From an uncultured Sphingobium sp. (GTDB taxonomy: Bacteria; Pseudomonadota; Alphaproteobacteria; Sphingomonadales; Sphingomonadaceae), in NCBI GenBank assembly GCA_964512265.1, contig CAZEHR010000014.1, positions 23,765-87,764 of the forward strand: 64,000 nt of DNA. The letters are read 5' to 3'. The notes under the pieces were generated by a model, which was given only the letters and a program-made list of their open reading frames with translations, was not told where the DNA came from and did no database searches. The translations under genes and the position numbers were made by a program. Below, piece after piece: positions 48,257-56,755 of the stretch. The stretch's first letter is position 1; each line of letters opens with the position of its first letter.

Positions 48257-51078
48257 TGGGCCGCACCCCAATTCTTGCCGGTGCCTACCTCCACCACCAG
48301 CGGCACGGAAATATCGACAAGCGGCGCGGCGGCATTCTCCATCACATCGCGGATGATCGGCGCTGCGCGCTCCGCATCCGCTTCGGGCAGCTCGAACACC
48401 AGCTCGTCATGCACCTGCAGCAGCATTTTCACGTCATGCAGCCCGGCTTGCGCTAGTGCAGGCCCCATGCGCACCATCGCGCGCTTGATAATATCAGCCG
48501 AAGTGCCCTGGATCGGCGCGTTGATCGCCGCGCGCTCCGCTCCCTGGCGTTCGTGCATCACGCTTGCCTTGATGCGCGGGAACCATGTCTTGCGCCCGAA
48601 CAATGTGCAGGTGAAGCCGGTATTGCGCGCCTTCTCCAGCGTCTCGTTGATATAGGCGGCGATGCCGGGGAAGCGGTCATAATAGCGGGCAATCATGTCC
48701 TGCGCCTCGTCGGGCGAGATTTCCAGCCGCGCGGCCAGCCCCCAGCGGGATATGCCATAGAGGATCGAAAAGTTGATCGTCTTCGCCCGTCCGCGCGTGT
48801 CGCGGTTGACCTCGCCGAACAGCTCCTGCGCGGTGGCGGCGTGAATATCCTCTCCGCGCGCGAAGGCTTCCTTGAGGGCTGGCACATTGGCCATATGCGC
48901 CGCAAGCCGCAGCTCGATCTGGCTATAGTCTGCGGAGAGCAGCAGCTTGCCTTCCTCCGCAACGAACGCCTCGCGGATTTGCCGCCCCGCCTCGGTGCGG
49001 ATCGGAATATTCTGGAGGTTGGGGTCGGTGGAGGAAAGCCGCCCTGTCTGCGCGCCGGTGAGCGAATAGCTGGTGTGCACACGCCCGGTGCGCGGGTTGA
49101 TCTGCGCCTGAAGCGCGTCGGTATAGGTGGACTTAAGCTTCGCCAGCTGTCGCCAGTCCAGCACCTTGCGCGCGATGTCCGCCCCTTCCGCCGCCAGCTT
49201 TTCGAGCACCGTGACGTCGGTGGAATAGGCGCCGGTCTTGCCCTTCTTGCCGCCTTTATACCCCATCTTGTCAAACAGGATCGCGCCCAGCTGCTGCGTG
49301 CTGCCGATGGCGAAGGGCTGTCCGGCAATGCTGTGAATCTGCCCCTCCAGCGCCGCCAGCCCTTCGGCGAACTCGCCAGACAGGCGCGAAAGATAGTCGC
49401 GGCTGACCTTGATCCCTTCGCGCTCCATCTGGGCGACCACGGGCACCAGCGGCCGGTCGACCAGCTCATACACGCGGGTGACATGCTCCTGCTGGAGGCG
49501 GGGTTTCAGCACCTGCCACAGCCGGTATGTCACTTCGGCATCCTCGGCGGCATATTCGGTCGCGCGGTCGAGCGGCACCTCGGCGAAACTGATCGCCTTC
49601 TTGCCGGTGCCGGTCACGTCCTTGTAGCCGATGCACGCATGGTCGAGATGCTGGCGTGCCAGCTCGTCCATCCCCTGGCCGCCCAGACCCTTGCCGGCTT
49701 CAAGGTCGAAGGCGAGGAGGATCGTGTCGTCGAACGGGCGCAGCTCAAGCAGGCCCAGCCCGGCGGCTTCCGTCGCCCGCACCAGCACGTTGATGTCATA
49801 TTTGAGGTTGTGGCCGATCTTGAGGACGCCCTCGTCCTTAAGCAGCGGCTTCAACGCGGCGAGCGCAGCCTTGGCTTCCAGCTGATTGGGTCGCTCTGCA
49901 AACATGTCCGTGCCGCCGTGCGCCAGCGGGATATAGCAGGCCTTGCCTGGCCCTGTAGACAGGCTGATGCCCACCAGATTGGCGGCGACCGAATCGAGCG
50001 CGTCCGTCTCGGTGTCGATGGCGACCACGCCCTCGATCCTCGCGCGCGCAATCCAGGCGTCGAGCGCGGAAAGGTCCGTCACCGTCTCATAAAGGCTCCG
50101 GTCTATGGGCGGCAGGGTCGGTCGTGCGGGGGTGGGCGTGGCAGGCCGGGCGGCAGGCGCGACAATCGCCGCTTTCGTCATATTGGGCGCGCGGCCCGCG
50201 GGAGCCACCCCATTGTTGAGGCGGACAAGCAGCGAGTTGAACCCCTGATCCTCCAGAAAGGCCCGCAGCGGCTCGGGCGGAATCTCGCCCAGTTTGAGGT
50301 CATCGAGCGGATCAGGCAGCGGCACCTGCGCATGCAGTTCCACCAGCTGGCGCGACAGCCGCGCCATCCCCTCATGCTCGATCAGATTGTCCCGCATCTT
50401 GGAGGGCTTCATCGTCGGTAATGCCGCGAACACGCCGTCCAGCGTGCCATATTCATTGATAAGCTTGGATGCGGTCTTGGGACCGATGCCGGGTACACCG
50501 GGCACGTTGTCGACCGCATCCCCCATTAGCGCGAGCACATCGCCGAGCTTGTCCGGGCCTACGCCGAACTTCTCCATCACATAATTGTCGGCCCGACGCT
50601 CATTCTTCATCGTGTCGAGCATGTCGACGCCCGGCTGGATGAGCTGGGCAAGGTCTTTGTCGGACGACACGATCGTCACATGCCAGCCGCGCGCCAGCGC
50701 CTCTCTGGTATAGCTCGCGATGATGTCGTCCGCTTCAAAGCCCTGCTCCTCGATGCACGGCAGCGAAAAGGCGCGCGTCGCCTCGCGGATCAGGGGAAAT
50801 TGCGGCACGAGGTCTTCGGGCGGGGGCGGGCGGTTCGCCTTGTAGTGCTCGTAGAGTTCGTTGCGGAACGTGGTGCCGGATTTATCGAGTATCACCGCCA
50901 TATGCGTCGGGCCATCGGCCTCGTGCAAATCCTTCGCCAGCCGCCACAACATCGTCGTATAGCCATAGACCGCGCCTGCCGGCACGCCGTGGCGGTTGGT
51001 GAGCGGCGGAAGCTGGTGATAGGCACGGAAGATATATCCGCTGCCATCGACGAGGTAGAGATGATTCTGCTCAGGCAT
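48253..51078 (-). CDS. polA: DNA polymerase I
   Basis: LVDGSGYIFRAY, AIDTETD, LSSTDPNLQNIP, ADYSQIELR, LQVHDEL. Confidence 0.99.
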   Translation of the reverse strand: MPEQNHLYLVDGSGYIFRAYHQLPPLTNRHGVPAGAVYGYTTMLWRLAKDLHEADGPTHMAVILDKSGTTFRNELYEHYKANRPPPPEDLVPQFPLIREATRAFSLPCIEEQGFEADDIIASYTREALARGWHVTIVSSDKDLAQLIQPGVDMLDTMKNERRADNYVMEKFGVGPDKLGDVLALMGDAVDNVPGVPGIGPKTASKLINEYGTLDGVFAALPTMKPSKMRDNLIEHEGMARLSRQLVELHAQVPLPDPLDDLKLGEIPPEPLRAFLEDQGFNSLLVRLNNGVAPAGRAPNMTKAAIVAPAARPATPTPARPTLPPIDRSLYETVTDLSALDAWIARARIEGVVAIDTETDALDSVAANLVGISLSTGPGKACYIPLAHGGTDMFAERPNQLEAKAALAALKPLLKDEGVLKIGHNLKYDINVLVRATEAAGLGLLELRPFDDTILLAFDLEAGKGLGGQGMDELARQHLDHACIGYKDVTGTGKKAISFAEVPLDRATEYAAEDAEVTYRLWQVLKPRLQQEHVTRVYELVDRPLVPVVAQMEREGIKVSRDYLSRLSGEFAEGLAALEGQIHSIAGQPFAIGSTQQLGAILFDKMGYKGGKKGKTGAYSTDVTVLEKLAAEGADIARKVLDWRQLAKLKSTYTDALQAQINPRTGRVHTSYSLTGAQTGRLSSTDPNLQNIPIRTEAGRQIREAFVAEEGKLLLSADYSQIELRLAAHMANVPALKEAFARGEDIHAATAQELFGEVNRDTRGRAKTINFSILYGISRWGLAARLEISPDEAQDMIARYYDRFPGIAAYINETLEKARNTGFTCTLFGRKTWFPRIKASVMHERQGAERAAINAPIQGTSADIIKRAMVRMGPALAQAGLHDVKMLLQVHDELVFELPEADAERAAPIIRDVMENAAAPLVDISVPLVVEVGTGKNWGAAH

Positions 51079-51122
51079 GAGCGCGGGGATAGCCCAGCGC
51101 GCTGGCCCTGCCAAATCAAAGC

Positions 51123-52295
51123 TTATTTCGTGGCGTAGCTGAACCTTTGATCCATCACTGGGCCATCATGATAGGCCGCCACCGCGCGCGCCACGCCCTG
51201 CATCACCGCCCAGCGTTCCGGGATCGAGACGGTCGTGCTGGCGATCATCACCGCCACGGCATAGCTGGTGCCATCCGGAGCGGTCATGATGCCGACATCG
51301 TTGAAGCCGGTGGCGCGCGGGTAAAGCTCCTGCCCCGTGCCGGTCTTGTGCGCATAGCTCCAGCTCGCCGGCACGCCGCCCTTGATGCGCTGCGGCCCGG
51401 TTTTGGCCTCGTGCATCACCTCAAGCAGATAGGCGGTGGAAGCGGGAGAGAGCATTTCTCCGCGTTTCAGCCGCGCGAGCGCCAGCGTGATGCTGCTCGC
51501 GGCCGCGCCGTCCATCGGGTTGGCGAGATAGTCGTTCAGCGCCTTCTCGCGCACCGCGCGGGGAAGCGCGGAACGGGCGGCGTTGAAGCCGCCGCCGAAT
51601 GCCATGCGCTGGTTCCATTCAAGGCCTGCCGTCGCGCTCTGCAACAGTCGCTCGCCAGGGCCGAAGCGGATGTTGGGAATGAAGCGCCGGGCGAGATAGC
51701 CGCGGATTGCCTCCGGCCCGCCGACCTGGCGCAGCACTGCATCGTTGGCGGTGTTGTCGCTCTGGGTCATCGCGCGCGTCATCAGGTCCGCGACGTCAGT
51801 GGTATAGCCGGTGTTGCGCACCATCGCGGCAAGCGGCTGGTGGAACAGGGTCAGGTCGTCGGGCCTCAGCGTCACAGGGTCCAGCAAGGTCAGCTTGCCA
51901 CGATCCACTGCATCCAGCACCGCCATCGCAACCCACAGCTTGGAAACGCTCTGCTGCGGCATCAAACTGTCAGCGTTATAGGCGGCCTCCCATTCGGCAT
52001 CGATCGGGCGCACGGATATCGCCACGGTGCCGTTGAACCCACTGCCCAACGCCTCAATCTGGGCGCGCAGGGCTGCGGGCGCTCGGGCCCGGCTTTCCTG
52101 TGGCGATATCTCGCTATAGCGGACTGGTGATGAAAATGACGCGGGGGGCACCGCCTGGCTGGTGGAGAACGTGCTCGCCGCCATCATGCCACCGGCGAGC
52201 GCCATGGCCGCCAATGCCTTCGACCAGTGGCTAGCGCTTTTGCGCTGCCTGCCGCCACACCGATAATTGGCCTTCCCGCCTCGCTTTACTTTCAT
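51123..52295 (-). CDS. Class A beta-lactamase-like serine hydrolase
   Basis: SxxK (QSVSK), SDN, HKTGTG motifs; N-terminal signal/TM segment. Confidence 0.8.
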   Translation of the reverse strand: MKVKRGGKANYRCGGRQRKSASHWSKALAAMALAGGMMAASTFSTSQAVPPASFSSPVRYSEISPQESRARAPAALRAQIEALGSGFNGTVAISVRPIDAEWEAAYNADSLMPQQSVSKLWVAMAVLDAVDRGKLTLLDPVTLRPDDLTLFHQPLAAMVRNTGYTTDVADLMTRAMTQSDNTANDAVLRQVGGPEAIRGYLARRFIPNIRFGPGERLLQSATAGLEWNQRMAFGGGFNAARSALPRAVREKALNDYLANPMDGAAASSITLALARLKRGEMLSPASTAYLLEVMHEAKTGPQRIKGGVPASWSYAHKTGTGQELYPRATGFNDVGIMTAPDGTSYAVAVMIASTTVSIPERWAVMQGVARAVAAYHDGPVMDQRFSYATK

Positions 52296-52493
52296 TCCAC
52301 CCGCACACCCGATTTTCCGCCCTCGACGACCCGGCGGTTGCCATCAACATAACACGGCCGTCGTCGCCCCGCGAGCATGTTAGGGCTTTTTTGCTTGCCC
52401 GATGCAGGGATTATGCGACGAACGATTCCAATATTCCGTTAACTCGAGCAGCGGGCCGTTCAAACTGAGACGAAATACGTCAAATGCGATCTG

Positions 52494-53378
52494 ATGGTTG
52501 ATAAGACAGGCGATTCTGGGTGGATAAGGCGCGATGTGATTCGCGGGTGCGGAGGGTTGATGGCCCTCGGTATGCTGCCGCCTCTGATGGGGGTGGCAAT
52601 GTCCGCAGAGCCCTTTGTCTCGGATCGGCTCATGGTGTTGACGCGCGGCGAACGCGGGCCGGGCGGGCGCGACATCGTCCTGATCCCCGGCCTCGCAAGC
52701 AACCCCGGCATATGGTCATCGCTGGTCGCGCGGCTCAACGGACATCGCTTTCACCTTGTGCATGTCAACGGCTTCGCCAGGCGCCCCGCCGCCGCCAATG
52801 CCGCTGGCCCGCTGCTCAACCCGCTCGTGGCCGAAATAGGGCGCTATATCGTGGCGCAGGGGCTGCGCGCGCCGGTCATCATCGGGCACAGCATGGGCGG
52901 CACGATCGCGCTGATGATGGCGCTCCGTCCTGATATCCGCCTGGCACAGCTCATGGTGGTTGACATGTTGCCTGACGGTTCAGCGATGCTGGGCGGCACG
53001 GCGCGGGGCTATGGCTATCTTGCGGGGCAGTTGAACGGCTATCTTACCGGCACGAAGGCAGGGCGGCAGATGCTCGCCGATATGGTGCGCCAGACGCCAA
53101 GCGGGCGGGATAGCGACCCGCGGGTCATCGCGCAGGCGCTGACCGAACTGGCGCAGACGGATCTGACCGCGCGGCTGCGCTCGCTCGCCTGCCCGCTCAC
53201 GGTTGTCCCCGCGCTGCCTGGCCGGGCAGACCTCGATGCAGCGCAGATGCGGCGTTATGGCACGGCCTATGCGGGGGTTAAAGGTCTGACGCTGGCAGGC
53301 ATCGGGCCCAGCGGGCACCAGATCATGCTCGATCAACCGGAAAAATTCGCGGTGGCGGTCCGGAAATTTCTCTCCTGA
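52494..53378 (+). CDS. Alpha/beta hydrolase, possibly Tat-exported
   Basis: LIPGLAS, GHSMGG, GHQIMLDQP; RRDVI followed by a hydrophobic stretch. Confidence 0.85.
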   Translation: MVDKTGDSGWIRRDVIRGCGGLMALGMLPPLMGVAMSAEPFVSDRLMVLTRGERGPGGRDIVLIPGLASNPGIWSSLVARLNGHRFHLVHVNGFARRPAAANAAGPLLNPLVAEIGRYIVAQGLRAPVIIGHSMGGTIALMMALRPDIRLAQLMVVDMLPDGSAMLGGTARGYGYLAGQLNGYLTGTKAGRQMLADMVRQTPSGRDSDPRVIAQALTELAQTDLTARLRSLACPLTVVPALPGRADLDAAQMRRYGTAYAGVKGLTLAGIGPSGHQIMLDQPEKFAVAVRKFLS

Positions 53379-53387
53379 GCGTTATTG

Positions 53388-53401
53388 TTGACGCAGGTCA
53401 A
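53388..53401. promoter_or_regulatory. FNR/FixK-type palindrome
   Basis: TTGAC-GCAG-GTCAA (extended GTTGAC...GTCAAC). Confidence 0.55.
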
Positions 53402-53415
53402 CGAAGAGCGTCGTC

Positions 53416-53546
53416 AAGGGGAGTAGCCCGATAGTCGACCGAGAGACGAGACGCGGTCTCCTCTCCCGGTCAGGGGCGTCTTCCCGCGCCTCCTCCTCGG
53501 CACTTCATGGGGGTGCGCGCTTTCGGGCCGCACCCCTTTTTTTGTT
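53416..53546 (+). ncRNA. Candidate structured small RNA or long 3' UTR
   Basis: Successive hairpins, three CU-rich tracts, intrinsic terminator, no ORF; convergent intergenic gap; 5' end uncertain (53416-53437). Confidence 0.45.
53510..53546 (+). terminator. Intrinsic terminator
   Basis: GGGGTGCG...CGCACCCC followed by T8. Confidence 0.85.
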
Positions 53547-53549
53547 GGA

Positions 53550-54998
53550 TCAGTGTGCGAGTGCCTTGACGATATCCTCAACCATCTTCTTGGCGTCGGC
53601 CAGCAACATCATGGTGTTGTCCATGTAGAAAACGTCGTTGTCGACACCGGCATATCCGACACCGCCCATCGAGCGCTTGACGAACAGCACCGACTTGGCG
53701 TTGGCGACCTCAAGGATCGGCATGCCGTAGATCGGCGAAGTCTTGTCGGTCTTCGCCGCCGGGTTGGTGACATCGTTCGCGCCGATGACGAAGGCAACAT
53801 CCGCCTGGCTGAACTCGCTGTTGATATCCTCCAGCTCGAACACTTCGTCATAAGGCACGTTCGCTTCGGCAAGCAGCACGTTCATGTGGCCGGGCATGCG
53901 GCCCGCGACCGGGTGGATCGCATATTTGACGCTGACGCCTTCCTTCTTGAGCAGGTCGCCCATCTCGCGCAGCGCATGCTGCGCCTGGGAGACGGCCATG
54001 CCATAGCCGGGAACGATGATGACGCTCTCTGCCTGTTGCATCAGGAACGCGGCGTCGTCGGCAGAGCCGCGCTTCCATGGGCGCTGCTCCTTCGTTTCGC
54101 CGCCCGAAGCCGCAGCCTCGGCGCCAAAGCCGCCCGCGATCACCGAGAGGAACCCGCGGTTCATCGCCTTGCACATGATGTAGCTCAAGATCGCGCCCGA
54201 GCTGCCCACCAGCGCGCCGGTGATAATCATTGCCGTGTTGTGCAGCGTAAAGCCCATCGCCGCTGCCGCCCAGCCCGAATAGCTGTTCAGCATCGAGACG
54301 ACCACCGGCATGTCCGCACCGCCGATCGGGATGATGAGCAGGAAGCCGATGAGGAAGCTCAGCGCCGTCACGGTCCAGAACACCCAGGGCGCCTGATCCT
54401 GCGTGAAATAGGCGACAAGGCCGAGGATCGCGGCGAGCGTGCCCAGGTTGATGACATGACGGCCCGGCAGCAAGATCGGCTTGCCGGACATGTTGCCATT
54501 GAGTTTCAGGAACGCGATGACCGAGCCCGAGAAGGTGATCGCACCGATAGCGACCCCAAGGCCCATCTCGATGCGGCTGGCGGTGAAGATCTCGCCGGTT
54601 GCCGGGTCGGCGATGCCGAACGCCGCCGGGCTGAGATAAGCCGCCGCGCCGACGACAACCGCCGCCATGCCGACCAGCGAGTGAAACGCCGCCACAAGCT
54701 GCGGCATGTCCGTCATCGCGATCCTGCGAGCGGTGATAAAACCGATCACGCCGCCGATGGCGATCGCGCCAAGTATCTCGGGAATCGCGACGACATCATG
54801 CGTGTAGAGCGTGGTCGCGACCGCAATCGCCATGCCCGCCATGCCATAGCGGTTGCCTGCGCGGCTGGTCGCCGGGCTGGAAAGCCCGCGCAGCGCCAGA
54901 ATGAACAGCACTCCGGAGACCAGATAGGCAAAGGCGATCCAGGGCGAAACGCTGTGCGCGGTGTCGCTTGCTGCTTCCATCAACATGCCGAGCTGCAT
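53550..54998 (-). CDS. pntB: NAD(P) transhydrogenase subunit beta
   Basis: MPQLVAAFHSLVG, NSYSGWA, PGYGMAVSQAQH, HPVAGRMPGHMN. Confidence 0.98.
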   Translation of the reverse strand: MQLGMLMEAASDTAHSVSPWIAFAYLVSGVLFILALRGLSSPATSRAGNRYGMAGMAIAVATTLYTHDVVAIPEILGAIAIGGVIGFITARRIAMTDMPQLVAAFHSLVGMAAVVVGAAAYLSPAAFGIADPATGEIFTASRIEMGLGVAIGAITFSGSVIAFLKLNGNMSGKPILLPGRHVINLGTLAAILGLVAYFTQDQAPWVFWTVTALSFLIGFLLIIPIGGADMPVVVSMLNSYSGWAAAAMGFTLHNTAMIITGALVGSSGAILSYIMCKAMNRGFLSVIAGGFGAEAAASGGETKEQRPWKRGSADDAAFLMQQAESVIIVPGYGMAVSQAQHALREMGDLLKKEGVSVKYAIHPVAGRMPGHMNVLLAEANVPYDEVFELEDINSEFSQADVAFVIGANDVTNPAAKTDKTSPIYGMPILEVANAKSVLFVKRSMGGVGYAGVDNDVFYMDNTMMLLADAKKMVEDIVKALAH

Positions 54999-55282
54999 CA
55001 CTTGCGCTCCTTCTTCTTGTACATGGCGAGCATGCGTTCCGTCACGGCGAAGCCGCCGAAAATGTTGACGCTGGCAAACACCACGCCCGCAAGGCCCAGC
55101 CACTTGGCGAGGCCGTCACCGCCCTCCGCGCTGGCGATCAGCGCGCCAACGATGATCACGGATGAAATCGCATTTGTCACCGCCATCAGGGGCGTGTGCA
55201 GCGCCGGCGTGACCGACCAGACGACATAATAGCCCACGAAACAGGCCATCACGAAAATTGAAAGTATGGAGATGAAATCCAT
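54998..55282 (-). CDS. pntA: NAD(P) transhydrogenase subunit alpha, part 2 (membrane)
   Basis: VTPALHTPLMAVTNAISS, NIFGGFAVTERML. Confidence 0.96.
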   Translation of the reverse strand: MDFISILSIFVMACFVGYYVVWSVTPALHTPLMAVTNAISSVIIVGALIASAEGGDGLAKWLGLAGVVFASVNIFGGFAVTERMLAMYKKKERK

Positions 55283-55329
55283 TGTGTATCCCCCATTGAT
55301 CGGCCCGCTTGACGGGGCCGGGGCTTCTA

Positions 55330-56454
55330 TCAGTTAGCGAGCAGCCTCTCGTTCACCACCTTGCCGTCCTTGGTCAGGCGGATGGCGTTGCCAATCTCTT
55401 CGTCGAGCACGGGCGCGTTCTTCTCCTTGTCCCAGAAGGCGGAGAGGAAATTGAAGAGGTTGCGCGCAAACAGCGCCGAGGCATCGGTCGCGAGGCGCGA
55501 GGGCACATTCTTGTGGCCGACGATCTTGACGCCATGCACCGTGACGACCTCGCCGGCGACCGCACCTTCGACATTCCCGCCCTGTTCGACAGCGAGATCG
55601 ACGATCACGCTTCCGGGCTTCATGCTCGCAATCTGCGCATCGCTGATAAGGCGCGGGGCCGGGCGTCCGGGGATCAGCGCGGTGGTGATGACGATATCCT
55701 GCTTGGCGATGTGACTGGAGACCAGAGCTGCCTGCGCCGCCTTGTACTCGTCGCTCATCTCGGTAGCGTATCCGCCTGAGCCTTCGCCCTCGATGCCCTT
55801 GACGTCTTCGACGAAGATCGCCTTGGCGCCGAGCGATTCGATCTGCTCCTTGGTGGCCGAGCGCACGTCCGTAGCGGACACCTGCGCGCCCAGACGCCGC
55901 GCGGTCGCGATCGCCTGGAGGCCCGCAACTCCAACGCCCATGACGAAGGCCTTGGCCGCGGAAACGGTGCCCGCCGCCGTCATCATCATCGGGAACGCCT
56001 TGCCATATTCGGCGGCGGCATCGAGCACCGCCTTGTAACCGGACAGGTTCGACTGCGACGAGAGAATGTCCATCGACTGTGCGCGCGTGATGCGCGGCAT
56101 GAACTCCATCGCCAGCGCCTCGATCCCGGCGCTTGCATAGGCGTCGACACGGGCGCGCTCGCCAAACGGGTTCAAGCCCGCCGCCAGCAGTGCCCCGGGC
56201 TTTTGTCCGCCCAGCGTCTCGACCGCCGGACCCTGAACGCCGAGAATAATGTCGGCGTCCTTCAGGGTAGCCGCACGGTCGCCCACGCTCGCGCCTGCAG
56301 CGGCATAGTCCGCATCGGCAATCGACGCCGCAAGGCCAGCTCCCGCTTCAACCGCCACGCTCGCTCCAAGGCCGATGAACTTCTTCACCGTCTCAGGCGT
56401 AGCGGCAACACGCCGCTCGCCAGAGGCAAGCTCTTTCAAAACCGCAATTTTCAC
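55330..56454 (-). CDS. pntA: NAD(P) transhydrogenase subunit alpha, part 1 (soluble dI)
   Basis: ERRVAATPETV, RITRAQSMDILSSQ, GVGVAGLQAIATA, ITTALIPG. Confidence 0.97.
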   Translation of the reverse strand: MKIAVLKELASGERRVAATPETVKKFIGLGASVAVEAGAGLAASIADADYAAAGASVGDRAATLKDADIILGVQGPAVETLGGQKPGALLAAGLNPFGERARVDAYASAGIEALAMEFMPRITRAQSMDILSSQSNLSGYKAVLDAAAEYGKAFPMMMTAAGTVSAAKAFVMGVGVAGLQAIATARRLGAQVSATDVRSATKEQIESLGAKAIFVEDVKGIEGEGSGGYATEMSDEYKAAQAALVSSHIAKQDIVITTALIPGRPAPRLISDAQIASMKPGSVIVDLAVEQGGNVEGAVAGEVVTVHGVKIVGHKNVPSRLATDASALFARNLFNFLSAFWDKEKNAPVLDEEIGNAIRLTKDGKVVNERLLAN

Positions 56455-56476
56455 GCTTGGTCCCCCGTGCTGGCGC

Positions 56477-56599
56477 TCAGGCTATGAGCAGGACAACGAT
56501 CACCGCAACGATGGCCGAAAGAATCGTGCCCCATTTCACCAAGCCGAGGAAACCCGAATAGGTTTCTTCTGCCATTTTCATATCGTTGCCAGATGCCAT
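56477..56599 (-). CDS. 40-aa membrane microprotein, aa3-type cytochrome c oxidase subunit IV-like
   Basis: Manual translation MASGNDMKMAEETYSGFLGLVKWGTILSAIVAVIVVLLIA; GGGAG SD; TYxGF and TM helix; not in the ORF track. Confidence 0.7.
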   Translation of the reverse strand: MASGNDMKMAEETYSGFLGLVKWGTILSAIVAVIVVLLIA

Positions 56600-56697
56600 G
56601 ATAACTCCCCGTGTTGACGTGTCCGTCTGGTCTCAGTTGCCCACTTAGGACCATCGTGAGGCGGCGACAAGGGCAGAATCCAACAATCTCGAGTTGA

Positions 56698-56712
56698 TTA
56701 ACACGGTTTTTA
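56698..56712. promoter_or_regulatory. CtrA-like box upstream of the sigma54 activator
   Basis: TTAA-CACGGTT-TTTA; GANTC site at 56676-56680 nearby. Confidence 0.45.
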
Positions 56713-56755
56713 CCTGGCCCGTTTATGCCGGTGCATTGCGAAATTAGGACAATCG

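Noticed and set aside
48553-50421. 622-aa plus-strand ORF
   Set aside because: Antisense shadow of polA
53416-53460. AAGGGGAGTAGC resembles the 5' end of a yybP-ykoY Mn riboswitch
   Set aside because: No matching 3' P1 strand (GCGAGACCTTG) and no downstream + strand gene to regulate
53416-53546. Possible SRP RNA, tmRNA, 6S RNA or tRNA
   Set aside because: No SRP GGAA helix-8 motif, no T-arm/CCA, no tag reading frame, no ygfA neighbour
53553-55229. 558-aa plus-strand ORF
   Set aside because: Antisense shadow of pntB/pntA
55311-55330. Hairpin CGGCCC...GGGCCG between the two pntA parts
   Set aside because: No U-tract; likely a routine intra-operon stability element
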